A stretch of DNA of 64,000 bases from Hamiltosporidium tvaerminnensis FI-OER-3-3 (GCA_022605425.2 CM061246.1:1302001-1366000), one strand, 5' to 3'. Numbered from the stretch's first letter, positions 36,051 to 48,910 are shown. Program-made: numbers and translations. The notes: generated by a model not told the origin, from the letters alone.

Positions 36051-39000
36051 TTTGATTTATAAGCAGTAAGAAGAATAAATAATTTAAATATTCTAGAATT
36101 TCATTCCATTAATAACAGTTTTTCTTATTAAAATAATTAATTTATTTTTAATATATATATATTCAATTGCCAATTTATTTTTGTCTGTATCATGTATCTT
36201 TATAATATTATATTTTAGTTCCTATAATTTTGTTCTTTGTATTTATAATCGATGCATTACATGTTTTAAATTATAAATTAGAAAAGGATTCACTTCTCTT
36301 TCCGTTCCTAGCTAATTTTGTCCGGCATGGTTGCACTGTGATCCAGGTAGATGATTCAAATGCTCTCAATAGTTAATAACCTCCTTACATATCATTTATC
36401 AGCTTCTTTTAAAATCACTTTCTTAATCAATTTATTTTATAAACACGGAAAGCTGTTTTGAATTACTCTTTAAAAGAAAAAAATCTAGATTTTTAACAAT
36501 ACAATATTAAGGAGTTTTCGGGATGTATTCGGTGATAAAATATGTATTACCCAAAGAGCCATCCCAAATAAACTATATTTACAACAAATGCAAGAAGCAT
36601 ATTAACCGTAATCCTATATTATCATTTTTGATATCCAATTTTGAAAGCAATCTTAACTCGAATATGTTTATAAAAAAAGGTTTTTTATCTGGAAAAAAAT
36701 TGAGTTCTTATGTTGCAAATTTTAAAATTTTGCAAAAACGTTACTTTGATGTGCAATTTCTACCGATAGATCATTGCATATTAAATAAAATTTCTGATGG
36801 AAATACATATTATAAACTTACTTATATTTATTTTTATACTGATCTATCGAATAACTTATCATCGACTATATGATATTTATCAATTTCTGATAAGTCACCT
36901 ACAATTGAATCATCGAATTTAACAGAAGATAAATAGATTATTTAAGTTCATTCTGCCAGTTTACAATAAAATTACAATCTATTTCGTAATTTTTTCCTGA
37001 AAATTTCTCAAAAAAAAGCATCCTGATTTATTCCTGAGACAGAGGTTATGATAATCGAAATAAAATTTAAGATAAACAATGACAGTCTATGAGCAAAACA
37101 TTTTAAATATAAACTTCAAAGAGTGATCAATTTTTTCTTTTGAAATGTTGTTTTAATATAACTACAATCCTTTGAAAAATGCAAAATAAAAAATATCTCT
37201 GAATGCCTAACTAAATGTGTTTATATTAACAAAAAAGAAGTTTTGGGATCAGACTCAAAATCTACAGGTCAACACGATTCCAAACAGAATTTCATTTTCG
37301 AAAGAATCTAGAGAGCGAAAAAATCTTTTCTATATTCAAACTTCATCATGAATATAAACCAAAAAAAGTAGCTTAAAAGTGATATAAAGCAACAAAATAA
37401 GTTTTAATCAATTCCTCTTTAATCGGTATAAAAATTTTTATTACATTGTTTACCGAAATTCAAAGTAATCTTAATTTTATTGATTTCCTCAATTATGTTA
37501 AATATATATTTTATTTTAGATTAAAAAATTATTTACCTTAAATATTTGAATCTTAAACCATTAGAATGCAGTATACTAGATAATATTATATTTTTTTTGC
37601 TAAATATAGTGTTTAATCAGACATTTTGTTCGTATGTTTTTGCCAAACAATAAAAAATGAGTCGTTCTAAGTATAATATCATAATTAAAATGAAGCTTTT
37701 TTCCAGAAAAAACAAGTTGATTGGCGCTTATGACATTTTTTATGCTCATCTAATTAATATTTATACTTTTTGAATAAAATCCTCGGATATATAAAGTAAA
37801 AGTTTGCTTCGCTGCAAAACATTTTTTAAATATATCCAATTTTCAGATTTAGAAAAATTAATACGCTTCATCTAAATATTTGCAAGGCGTATGTTTTTAA
37901 GAAGATAACCGATAAACTTTACTATCTAACATTAATCATCCGACGTGTCACAATTCAATTAATTATGTTTAAATCATTGAAGATATTGCATTGGTATCGA
38001 TTATATAATCATTTTTTAGTATATCAGGCTCAATAAATCTATAAGTGTAATCGGCGATCCGTTTTTTTAAAAATAAGCATCTTGTAATATTATTACAAGT
38101 TATATCATTTCAGGTGTCCATAAAACCCAGGCTTTTCCAAAAACCGTCAAATCTTTCTAGCCTACGCTGCTTAAATAAAGCATTTATTTGTCAATTGCAA
38201 CATTTTTTTAACAAAACATAGTTATAAATTTTGATATCAAGGCTATGGTTGCATTAAACGCTCAAAAAACTTAGACAAATTGGATTAAACTGAATATTAT
38301 AAGAAAATTTGTTTAAAATTTTAAATATAATTAAACGAATGTCCGACCTGATATTTTTATACACGGGTAAATTAAAAAGCTCAAAATCATATTTTCAATA
38401 AGTATCCATAGGCTTTTCATTCACAGAATTTCTCTTATAAAATAACGAATTAAATTAAATGTTAAAATCTCAACATGAAGATTTGAGCTTTAAACACATT
38501 TTTTAAAACACATTCAAACCGAAGAAAAGTATCTTTGCACTTAAAAAAATGTTTTTTAATGTTATTATGTAATATTAATTATTCTCGAAATAATATGTTT
38601 AGTTTTAATATTTACTGTTCTTCCTTGATCATATATTTTTTTCAAGCGATTAAAACTTTTCATTTGAGGATGAAAGTCTTTTAAAGTCACAAAACGTCTA
38701 TCTTATGGCTTCTACTTTAAGCAACAGATCTGAAGTCAGGATTACGGAACACTGTATAATTTGAAATATAGGCTCATATAACAAAAAAGAAGTTCGAGAA
38801 ATATCACCAAAACATATTGTTTCATAGTATATAAGTATAATGAATGGTAGATTTCTTGATTAGATAGTATAGTGTTTTCTGTTGAGCAGCTTTAAAACCT
38901 CTACTAATTCACGGGGCCTATAAAAAAAACAAGAAATGTGAACGTTTTTTAAATAAGAATTGTAAAAATTACAAATACTAGTATAATTATAAGTATAAGT

Positions 39001-39547
39001 ATAAGATTGATTTATTGCTTACTCATATGCCACGGTATTAGAAAACTTATTCATTTGTATTTTTCCATCTTATGATGTCTAAATAAGGATTTCATATAAA
39101 TATTTTATAAATGTGATAATTGATATGAATTTCGTTTTATAATTATGTGAGATATTATTATAAATTATGCTGATTAAACGAATTACTCTAATATTTGGTC
39201 CTGCAAACTATTTATTTGACAGCTTCTAAATTTATTCAGATAATATTTTCAGTAATCGCTTCCCATTTTGTCTTTTTCAAAATATATTTAAGGCTTTGCA
39301 TATATTATTTTGATTCATATTTTTCTTGAAAAATTTAAACTTTCTCGATGTGTTCCATTGTTCTAATATACCTGTCCAGCCCTAAAGACAAAACTAATCC
39401 CCGATCTTGTTAAAATAGAAAGGTGAACACAGCTTCTGTATATTTAATCCAAAGGTCTTCTGAATTGATGTATCACACACTTAACTGGATTTCCGAATTC
39501 AATCTAAACATTACCATTTTTATTGCGCATAGATTTTTCTCATGTAG

Positions 39548-39800
39548 AGAGATGATTACCGCATTAAAACCCCTCTGATTAGCAACGAGTGTATCGAAAT
39601 TGGGTGAAGATCATTGTTACCATTTTGGTGGGATATTAGCCACACTGGATCTATGGGTCAATCTCCTATAATTCCGAGTTATAACAGATTCAAAGAAAAA
39701 ATGGAAGTTTTACATAGGTTCATCTTTGACAACGAAAGGTAAAAAAAGACCAGAATAAGTAGGCTTAGATTTCTCCCGGGCCTGAAATAAGTACATTTTT
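39548..39800 (+). repeat. family A-related element, partial
   Basis: GAGTGTATCGAAATTGGGTGAAGATCATTGTT...TTTTGGTGGGATATTAGCCACACT aligns with GAGTGTGTGAAACTGGTTTGAGGATCATTGTT...TTTTGGTGAGAATAAACCCACACT of copy 1. Confidence 0.65.
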
Positions 39801-41218
39801 CATGGTTTTAGGATAGAGCGATTCCAAAAAGAACATGAGTGAACTGTACACATAAATATTTGGGTTGCTCCTTGAATTGTTTTTGGTTTAATGCAATTGT
39901 TTACGTTTCGGTTGTTACGCAGATCTGAAATTTCGTAATTATCAGTTAAGAAAAAAAAATTATGTAATATATTAATAATTAGGTTCATATTTCTTTAAAT
40001 AGTGCGAGAAATCATCTCTTGGCCATAATTTAAAACTACCTAGACTGCTTCACACAACGAACTTGGAATTTAATTGAAAATTTTTAGTTTTTTTTCCGAA
40101 ATAAATTGGACAAATATGTTTGCCAAAAAATTTCATTTAAACAATTTTACAGAAAAATAAAGTCGCAAAGCATAAATATATATCAAGAAATATAAAAAAG
40201 CGTCTTTAGTCTGAATCTAGTTCTAAAAATGTTGCTAGCCGTTATGGTTGTTTAAATTTTGTATCATGTTGGATTAATGTTAATATTTTGATGTTCTTGC
40301 GTATAAATTCCAAATAAACCTCAATTTATAAGGTTTTATACGTTTTCTTTAAGAATTATTGATTTACTTAAAAATTGACTGATGTTTTCTAACTCGAAGA
40401 TAAAACTAAAACAATATTTCAGTAAATTTAAACATTCAAAAAAAATCCAAATTCATGTATTATGGACTAATAGAACTTAAACCAAAAAATTTCATTGGTA
40501 ATTGAAAAAAATGAATATATCTATAAAAATGGCAAGGCCCGTGAGACATATACATATTCAGTATGAATAGTAATGTTAAGACAGCAATAATTAAATGTTA
40601 AACTTACAGATTGCGAATAAGATGACAAATAAAAAAATTTCAATCTACAATATATAGGTGAATTAGGTTTGGAAAATTATAAGGTAAGATGGCAAATAAA
40701 AATAAAAGATAAAGATACACATGATTCTAATACGCAGCGTTATATATAAAAAAAAATTTAGATTAAGTATACAAAACATAGAGAAAATTTAGTATGACAA
40801 AAAAGTATATATTATTTAAAACAATAATATATAGAATTATTGTTTGATATAGATTTTTAATAATATTGATTTTTTGAGGTAAAGTTTCTAATTTTGTATT
40901 TCTAGAAAAAAAAGGTTAAATAATATTTTAATAAATTATTTTTTCTGTTTTAAGCCACTAAATAAAAAAGATTATACAGTATTCGAATATAACCATAAAA
41001 TATTTTTTAAAAATAATCATGTAAGAATCATTTTTTCTCTACAATCGTAGAGCGCTTATTTTTTGCATTCGAAAAATTAAAGGGGCTATTCTAAATTTGA
41101 AGTTCTAGAACGACATTTTTTAATTTACACAAATTTAATAACAAACAGGACACAAATTTCCTAATTAAAATGTTCTAGAATGTCCCAATACTATAAATAT
41201 AATCCACAATAAACGAAC

Positions 41219-41980
41219 ATGTTTTTTCTTGGAATAATTTCTTATATATTCGCAGCTTCATTGCCGGACAAGTGTGTAGATAGTGGCGTAATATGTATTA
41301 CTTTTGATGATGGGCCAACAGGATATACGGGAGAAGTTTTAGACATGCTTGAAGAAAATAATATAAAAGCAACTTTCCATTTTACTGTACAAAATATTAC
41401 AAGAGGTAATATTTCTGGAATGATGAGGCGGGCCATTGACGAAGGACATTGTGTTGGTATTAGATTGAATCCCAAGCGTGATTATGATCAGATGGAAGCA
41501 GATGATATAAAAAGTGATATAGATAATCAGGTTAAAGTGATGGAAGGCGAATTAGACAGAAAAATTAAATTTGCACGCGCCCCTGTAAATGATGGCGAGG
41601 TAAATGCAGATGTATATAATGCCTTATTAGAAAAAGGAATCACACAGACAAACTACAGCTATTGTTTTTATTATGAAGCTGATGATAGTGAAGATGCCAC
41701 GAGACAGCTTAAAATGGTTTTAAATGCATCGAATCCCAAATATGAATCTTTTATATTTCTACTTCATGATGAGAAAGAAAGAGATTTTCCAATGTTGGAA
41801 GATATTATAAAATATGGAAAAGAAAAGGGATATAGCTTTGTTACAATGGATGAATGTCTTAAAGGCTACGATCCAAAAGACATGGAAAAAGGAAGAAAGG
41901 GATCTAGATTATCGGACTCAAGCGGTGTCGATAAATTACTAATGGTTCCACTTTGTTTGCTTATATTCCTTCTCATTTGA
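41219..41980 (+). CDS. polysaccharide (chitin) deacetylase-like CE4 protein, secreted or surface-anchored
   Basis: Signal peptide, ITFDDGP, KATF, RAP, LLHD, GYSFVTMDECL and a hydrophobic C-terminal tail (GPI/TM-like). TATAAAT lies upstream. Confidence 0.9.
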   Translation: MFFLGIISYIFAASLPDKCVDSGVICITFDDGPTGYTGEVLDMLEENNIKATFHFTVQNITRGNISGMMRRAIDEGHCVGIRLNPKRDYDQMEADDIKSDIDNQVKVMEGELDRKIKFARAPVNDGEVNADVYNALLEKGITQTNYSYCFYYEADDSEDATRQLKMVLNASNPKYESFIFLLHDEKERDFPMLEDIIKYGKEKGYSFVTMDECLKGYDPKDMEKGRKGSRLSDSSGVDKLLMVPLCLLIFLLI

Positions 41981-42879
41981 TTAAATAGTTCACTGTGATT
42001 TATTGCTATTTTTATTTTAGTATTTTTTTATTAAATTCTTTTACTAAATTTCAGTAGTCTTTTTACGACTAATATATTTATTCCAAGATCTCACAAATGT
42101 TTGGATATAAAAATTCATCCTTTATTTTTTCAAATAAAATAAAAAACAAACTTTTATTCGATATAATGTTCTATTCATATGATTTATCTAGAATATCATT
42201 TTATCTTTGACCAATTAGACTGTAATAATTGAATAAACCTTATTTTAAAAAATTAAGTAGTAAATTTATCAATGATTTGTACAATTAATTCTCTACTATA
42301 AATAAAAAACGCTTAGCAGATAATCAATCAAATTTCTTAAGCTTTTAAGCAAAAATTTAATCTCAGAAACATTTAAAACTTATATCTTAAAACAGAACTT
42401 AATCCATTTATTTAAATTTCAAATAGATAACCTAGAAAATCAATAGCACTGACACTATAGATTTGTTTTGCAGCCATTTCTACTCTTTTTGTCATTAGTT
42501 TAATCTATAAAAACCATCAAGAAAAATATATAAAATAGTTTTTTAACATATAATTTAGCTGATCATTGTAGCCATTGAAATCTAGAGATTTCAAAAAACA
42601 TATTTTTCATAGTAAATGTATCTCAAAATTTGCATTTAAAAAGTCATATAAAACATATTATTTCGATTTAAATATTAATATATCGACTCAAAAAATAATC
42701 AATAACGATTAAATCGCTAATTTTTAAATATCAATTATTATAGATACGTTTCAAAGTGAAACATATTTAGGTAAATCAATGGAGAATATAACACATAACT
42801 TAGAAAAATTATCATTTACGACATTCTAATTTGAAAAAAAATATTCAGTTTAGAGTTGTAAAATAATAGAAAAAATCAT

Positions 42880-43490
42880 ATTTTATTAACTTAAGATTTT
42901 GGTCCAGGGATTTTCTCTCTTTTAAATACTTTCTTCCATATTTTCAACCCTAGAATTTCGTTCTCTAATACCGGAGTTTCATTTGTGTTTACTGTAAGGT
43001 TCACCACTATGATCACTGCTTCAAATTTATAAGGCAAAATATTTCGGGTATTTACTTGTTTTACACAACCTTTCTCGTTTGTCATATACCTAAAATCTAT
43101 TATTTTTGCTTATGCCTCTTTGCTTCTTTAATAACCTCTAATAAACCTTTCTCTTAACTCATCTATTTATCTGGTCCTGACACACCTCCTCTTCGTCGCT
43201 CAAAAGCAGTCGTTTTGACTGTCTTCTCGAGTAATATTGACTGAGTAAATTCCTTCATATTCATGGGTGGTGTAGTCTTTTAATACACATATTATAGTAT
43301 TTAATCCTAATATCGTTCCAGTTTCACACGAGGAATACTCCCCACACTACATATATAAACAAGACCTGACTCATTGGCAATAAGTTATATTCTCTAGATT
43401 TTTCAATTTCAACCATTTGAAGTAAATTTAGGAAGCGATCTCAATTTCATCGAGAGTAAACCATCTATCCTTGTCCAAAATATACATCTG
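42880..43490 (-). mobile_element. decayed 3' portion of an R4-type element
   Basis: Reverse-complement remnants of QSI.L.KTV.T..F.RRRG and EK...Y.LLANE similar to 61942-62574. Confidence 0.75.
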
Positions 43491-43740
43491 TTCATCTTCA
43501 ACACCGAGAGGTAAAAAAATACCGGAATATGTAACTAAATCTAAAATATATTTATCTGGTCTATTATTCATAAATCAATAAACTAAAAAATTTACTATTT
43601 AATTTCTTGAATGTATTTTAATATATTTTTTTCAGAAATATTTATATCTGATATATAAAAAATGGATAAGAACTACATCATAAAATTCTTAACTAATATT
43701 TTAATTCCTAAACCACGGTTTCTTTATAACAGCGAAAAAA

Positions 43741-43750
43741 TATAAATATA
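43741..43750 (+). promoter_or_regulatory. TATA element ~30 nt upstream of the RNase MRP RNA
   Basis: TATAAATATA at about -30 relative to P1. Confidence 0.45.
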
Positions 43751-43770
43751 TATTTTTACACCCCCTCGTC

Positions 43771-43926
43771 GTGTCCGAAGAACGGTATTGGTGTCTTTCC
43801 AGATACTAAGGAAAGTCCTCGAGCCTAATGCAAAAACGCAACACGAAACGTGTGTATTTGGCTATTAAAATAGAAATGCCGTTGGATATCGATCTATCTA
43901 ACAAAATGAGGCTTACTCTTGGACAC
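43771..43926 (+). ncRNA. RNase MRP RNA (minimal, ~156 nt)
   Basis: P1 GUGUCC(G)AAGA/UCUUGGACAC; P2 AACGGUAUU/AAUGCCGUU; P3 GGUGUCU-UUCC-AGAUACU. CR-I GGAAAGUCCUCG pairs (P4) with CR-V ACAAAAUGAGGCUUAC. P5/7 AGCC(U)AAUGC/GUAUU(U)GGCU; hairpin ACAC-GAAAC-GUGU; CR-IV AUAGAAA; P19 UUGGAUA/UAUCUAA; T5 tract at 43932. No RNase P CR-II/III. Confidence 0.85.
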
Positions 43927-45215
43927 CGTTATTTTTAAATAGTAAAAAAATATTGACATAATATTATATATGTATGAGTATCTTTAGTTTTTTTGTAAAA
44001 ACATTTCAGGAGTAAAGAATTTAATTAAAAATATAAATCGGTACAAAGAAATCAAACAATTAATTGAGATCGAGCAACATATTTTTTTAATAAAAAATAA
44101 AATAGAAAACTACATTCAAAGTTATATAAAGCTAGAAATAATAAATTATTTATTCAATGTTATTAAATAAACTATTTATATAAAATTTTAGTTTATCTTG
44201 CTATATAATTCAAAAAATATATTTTCGAATGCATAATTTTGTGTCATCACAGTTGGAAATCGATGACCGCCACTCATGTAAACATATACCCCAATGTATA
44301 TTTAAGCTTTTCTACATTATAATTTCTACATCTACTTCTCTTAAATACATCTAAATTTAAATCTTCAAAACAAATTAGGAATCAAATAGTTCAAAAGCAG
44401 CTTAAAAAGAGAATTCAAAAGTATCAGTTGACACTGGAATAGATATTTGTCTCAAATTCAGAATAATATACTCTTTATGTGCTTAATTGAGATATGAAAA
44501 ACAACATGATTTACTATTTTAGAAGATAAACCTAAACCGCGTATACTTTATCAAACTATTGGCCTTAAACCCCGACAGATAAAACTTATTAATAAAAAAT
44601 TCAGTTAAAATTAGTAAATATAAAGTTTAAATAATTTGATGGTCTTAACATATAATGGTATTGCTAAGTATTATAAAATCTACCTTATAAAATTCAAATA
44701 TCATTCAGAATACAAGCATATATTATTTTATTAGTGCAAAAAAAGACATTCTAATATATTTTTTTTATTTACGAACAAAATAACACATTAATAAGAATTA
44801 TGTTTCAATTTTCTACTAAAATGAAAAATTAAAGAATTAACTGCACCACAATATTATGTAAAAATAAACTAAAAGCAAAAAGAAAATCATAAAATTTATA
44901 TCAGTTAACAAATTCAATATAAGAAAAATTATATTAAGGGAATTAAAAGTAAATCAAAGTAAAAAAACATGAAGATATGTAAGAACCATGCAAAAGAAAC
45001 AAAAATTGTTTACCCTTTATAAAAGCATCAAAAATTTTAACAAACAACCAAATAATTGTACCAATAATAAAATATAGTTTATTATTTATAAAATACCATA
45101 AAGATATCATTTCCTTGTCATAGTTTTTTGCTTATTCTTCCAATAGAACAAATCAATTAAATCCATAATATAATCTTATTTTGGTTTAATTATATGAAGA
45201 CATATTTGTTTATTG

Positions 45216-45303
45216 AAATTCTGTTTATTTAGATTCTGTTTATCTAGATTCTGTTTATCTAGATTCTGTTTATTTAGATTCTGTTGATTTAGATTCTGTT
45301 TAT
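45216..45303. repeat. 15-bp minisatellite x ~6
   Basis: AGATTCTGTTTAT(C/T)T units. Confidence 0.9.
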
Positions 45304-45867
45304 GAGCTAATATATTACAAAATATTTAAATATTTGATTTTATTTTTTTGTCAGTTTATCCTTAAATTTACTTTTTTAATTTTTTTTTCTATCAAAAATA
45401 TTTTTATTACTATTTAAATTAACTTATTTATATCAAAACATATTAAAGAAATTAAAGAAAATTAAAGATAGGTTATATTGATACTTTAACGGTATAAACA
45501 CTAACTATCATATTGTTTTAATTTATTAGAATATGTATTTATTCTGTTAAAAAATGATTTAATAAACAAAATAATATAATCAGCTACAATAATAACCATT
45601 AAAAAGTATTTCTGAATAAAAATATTTATTAAACTTCAGTAAACAAATTAAAAAATATAAAATATTTGTTGTACTTTAATAAGAAAATATAAAAATCCGT
45701 TTTTTTCTAAAAAAAATAAAATTTAGGAGGATTCGAATAAGAGTTTGGAAAATATAAAAATAAATTTCAAAATAATGAAAAGGAATTTTAAGTATGAAGA
45801 TGGTTTTAAAACATGAAAAATATATTTGAGAAGATAAGAAGACAAAAAAATATAAAAAGATAAATGT

Positions 45868-46230
45868 TTAATTTCCTTTAAGAGTAACTCTCACATCAAC
45901 ATTACTATTATTAAAAAACCTAGCAATTTCCTCCAAAGTATGAGATCCAGTAATAAAATGAAATACTCGTTTGTAAACAAACATTTTGTATTTACTCCAG
46001 GTATTTGTACCTTCTCCACACGGTGATTTACGTGTGGTGATGGAAGCTTTTTCTGTTGGTAATTTAATTGCTTTACTCATTTCTGGCATGTGTGTCAGTG
46101 CAAATGTATAGAAATCTGCACATGCCTTTTGTATAAGTTTTTTGTCTGTAGTAGCAAGTTGTACAGATACATCGTATGAAGTTTCTGGTTGTGTGTATTC
46201 TACTTCGATTTTTTTTTCTTCTTCAAGCAT
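45868..46230 (-). CDS. RPS20: 40S ribosomal protein S20 (uS10)
   Basis: Motifs LPT...ITTRKSPCGEGTNTW and Y.M.VYKR; CCC motif upstream. Confidence 0.95.
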   Translation of the reverse strand: MLEEEKKIEVEYTQPETSYDVSVQLATTDKKLIQKACADFYTFALTHMPEMSKAIKLPTEKASITTRKSPCGEGTNTWSKYKMFVYKRVFHFITGSHTLEEIARFFNNSNVDVRVTLKGN

Positions 46231-46624
46231 TTAAGGGTAGAAATATTTATTGAAGAAATAAATATTGTTAAAGAAAGTCGGTGGAAATAAAATTAAAAAT
46301 ATTTTTTTCTTCGTCAAGAATTTAAGGGGAAAGAAATAAATATTGTTAAAGAAAGTCGGTGGAAATAAAATTAAAAATATTTTTTTCTTCGACAAGAATT
46401 TAAGGGGAAAGAAATAAATATTGTTAAAGAAAGTCGGTGGAAATAAAATTAAAAATATTTTTTTCTTCGTCAAGAATTTAAGGGGAAAGAAATAAATATT
46501 TGTTAAAGAAAGTCGGTGGAAATAAAATTAAAAATATTTTTTTCTTCGTCAAGAATTTAAGGGGAAAGAAATAAATATTTGTTAAAGAAAGTCGGTGGAA
46601 ATAAAATTAAAAATATTTTTTTTC
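46231..46624. repeat. 78-79-bp tandem repeat x5 directly upstream of RPS20
   Basis: GTCGGTGG at 46277, 46355, 46433, 46512 and 46591. Confidence 0.95.
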
Positions 46625-46819
46625 AAAAAACCATTCCATATTTTAGATGAATAATTTACTAAACAAAGTTTTACAATATATTTTCCATAAAAAATTATTT
46701 TTTGATATTTTTTTTTATCAAAATCCATCCTTAAATATCGTTTTTTTTAAAAATCACAAATTTTAAAAACAAATTTAAAAGAATAAATATTTACTTTGAA
46801 TAAACAGGTTGCAACACTG

Positions 46820-47380
46820 ATAATTAACACCCTTATTACAACCGTAATTTCTTTATATTATAACACTGATATATTTATATAATAATATCCTTAAAACCAC
46901 CTTTTAATTTGAATAGATATATTAAAAACATAAAAGATTATGAACATTCATAAATAACATCTTTATTAACACCCTTTAACTATTAGTATATTGTATTAAC
47001 ACCCTTTAATCTACTACCTATATCCTTAGCACACTTTAATCATATCATAATAAATAGCACCCCGATAACCCACTCTTATATATAAGACCCCTTTAATAAT
47101 ATCATAATAAATAACACCCCACTACCAACCACAACACATATCAATAACACCCCTATAACCCACTCATATATAAAGACCCCGTTAATCATATCCCTATAAT
47201 ATAACACCCTCTTAACCGATACATTATAATATAAAACCCTCCAATCTACTCTTATATGTTTAAGACCCCGTTAATCATATCCCTATAATATAACACCCTC
47301 TTAACCGATAAATTATAATATAAAACCCTCCAATCCACTCTTATATATTTAACACCCCCCTCAAAATATCTACCCTCTAC
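46820..47380 (-). repeat. TAACACCC / GGGTGTTA-rich repeat tract downstream of ECT1
   Basis: Many TAACACCC variants and a ~90-bp tandem duplication (AAGACCCCGTTAATCATATCCC...). Confidence 0.8.
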
Positions 47381-47383
47381 ATT

Positions 47384-48523
47384 TTAAGCTCCTCTTTTCT
47401 TATTTCTATTTTCATAACCATAATAATTATCAACAATTCTATCAATAATAACACCACTCGTTAAATAACTAAACTCAGTATTAATTTTAACCACCTTAAC
47501 ACACCCTTTAACGTCCTCTACATTACACCCCCCATCCTGATTATTATGTACAATAATTTTAATACCAAATCTTTCTATAAATTGCTTATCTAAATTAAAT
47601 TGTGGATCATAAATTACTTCATCTATGTATTTGTTAGATAGTAAACATAATTGTCTTTCTTTATAACTAAACACACATTGGCTACTCTTTAAATCTCCTA
47701 TATTAGAACTACACACATCTTTACAACTATTACTATTCCTTGTCACATCTTCACCAGCTTTATTATCAGTCATATCTTTATAATCAGTCATATCTTTATA
47801 ATCAGTCATATCCTTATTATCAGATTTATTCATTCCCTTTCTATAAATTCCTACAACTAAAAAATCTCCAAGTTTTTTAGCTTCTCTAAGTAAGGAAGTA
47901 TGTCCAGCGTGGTAAAGATCAAAAGTACCCGCAACGTATACAACTGTACCTTTCCTTTCTTTTTTAGGTATTTCAAAGAGATGAAGAAGTGCATCATGAA
48001 ATTGTGCGTAGGGAGAAGAAATATTAGAATTGGAAATATTGGGCGAAAGAGAAATATTAGATGTATTGGTTGTGGTATCACATCTGTTGCATGTACATAA
48101 TTCTGGTGTTGGTTTCTGTTTCAACAACATTCTTCCAACAATTTCTGTAGTAGAAATACCCAATGTACGCTCAAATTCTCGAAACATTCCTTTTTTTTTG
48201 ACTTCCTGGTAACAGTCGTTGCCATTCTCATCTACAATAGGATCGTTTCCGTGTACAACAATATGACAGTTATGAGATTGTATAACAGATAGTTGTGTCA
48301 CAAAAGGCGCATTTTCTATTATCTCGTCTACATATCTACACGCTCTGACTACTTCGTATCTCTCTTCGTCTGTCATCACAGGTAGTCCTTTGTTAAGAGA
48401 TATTTCTTTTGTTGAATGCACACCTGCTATAAGATACGTGCCCATCGATTTTGCTTTTCTAAGTGCGTTTGCATGGCCATAGTGAAATATATCGAAACAA
48501 CCGTCAATCCATATTTTGGACAT
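47384..48523 (-). CDS. ECT1: ethanolamine-phosphate cytidylyltransferase
   Basis: Two CT domains, WIDGCFDIFHYGH...RTLGISTTEIVGRML and YVAGTFDLYHAGH. Contains a DMTDYK x3 insert. Confidence 0.93.
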   Translation of the reverse strand: MSKIWIDGCFDIFHYGHANALRKAKSMGTYLIAGVHSTKEISLNKGLPVMTDEERYEVVRACRYVDEIIENAPFVTQLSVIQSHNCHIVVHGNDPIVDENGNDCYQEVKKKGMFREFERTLGISTTEIVGRMLLKQKPTPELCTCNRCDTTTNTSNISLSPNISNSNISSPYAQFHDALLHLFEIPKKERKGTVVYVAGTFDLYHAGHTSLLREAKKLGDFLVVGIYRKGMNKSDNKDMTDYKDMTDYKDMTDNKAGEDVTRNSNSCKDVCSSNIGDLKSSQCVFSYKERQLCLLSNKYIDEVIYDPQFNLDKQFIERFGIKIIVHNNQDGGCNVEDVKGCVKVVKINTEFSYLTSGVIIDRIVDNYYGYENRNKKRGA

Positions 48524-48734
48524 ATTTTTTTTGGGTGGTTTTTTTTTTTATTTCTATGAATTCAATACATCCGTTTTAAGAAAAATTAAAAATTGGTTTT
48601 AGAAATAAATTAATGTGAAATTTGTTTATTGGATAGCTTTTAGAGGTCTAGAACTTGGGTTTTTTTATTTTTTGATTTTTATAAATTTATTTTTTTTTCT
48701 TTTTTTTCAATTTTGTTTTTTTTTCTATATTTAC

Positions 48735-48910
48735 AATTTCTTTAAAATCCTAGTATTAGATTTATTTATAACTTTGAAATTTATAATTTATCACTTCTGT
48801 AAAATTTAGAATTTCTTTAAAATCCTAGTATTTTATTTATTTATAAGTTTGAAATTTATAATTTATCACTTCTGTAAAATTTACAATTTCTTTAAAATTT
48901 TAGTATTTTT
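48735..48910. repeat. ~75-bp tandem repeat upstream of ECT1
   Basis: AATTTCTTTAAAATCCTAGTATT...TCACTTCTGTAAAATTTA repeated. Confidence 0.75.

Noticed and set aside
36290-36350. U2/U1 snRNA-like features (ACTTCTC...GCTAA, AATTTTG, CATGG-TTGCA-CTGTG hairpin)
   Set aside because: No branch-point-pairing GTAGTA and no U1 ACTTACC 5' end; too fragmentary to call without cmsearch.
36523-36873. 116-aa ORF
   Set aside because: No motif, composition like its AT-rich flanks and no CCC start context; may be part of a decayed sequence.
46231-46624. CRISPR-like array, or the 80-aa ORF 46231-46473
   Set aside because: Units are contiguous with no unique spacers, there are no cas genes and the context is eukaryotic; the ORF is just translated repeat.
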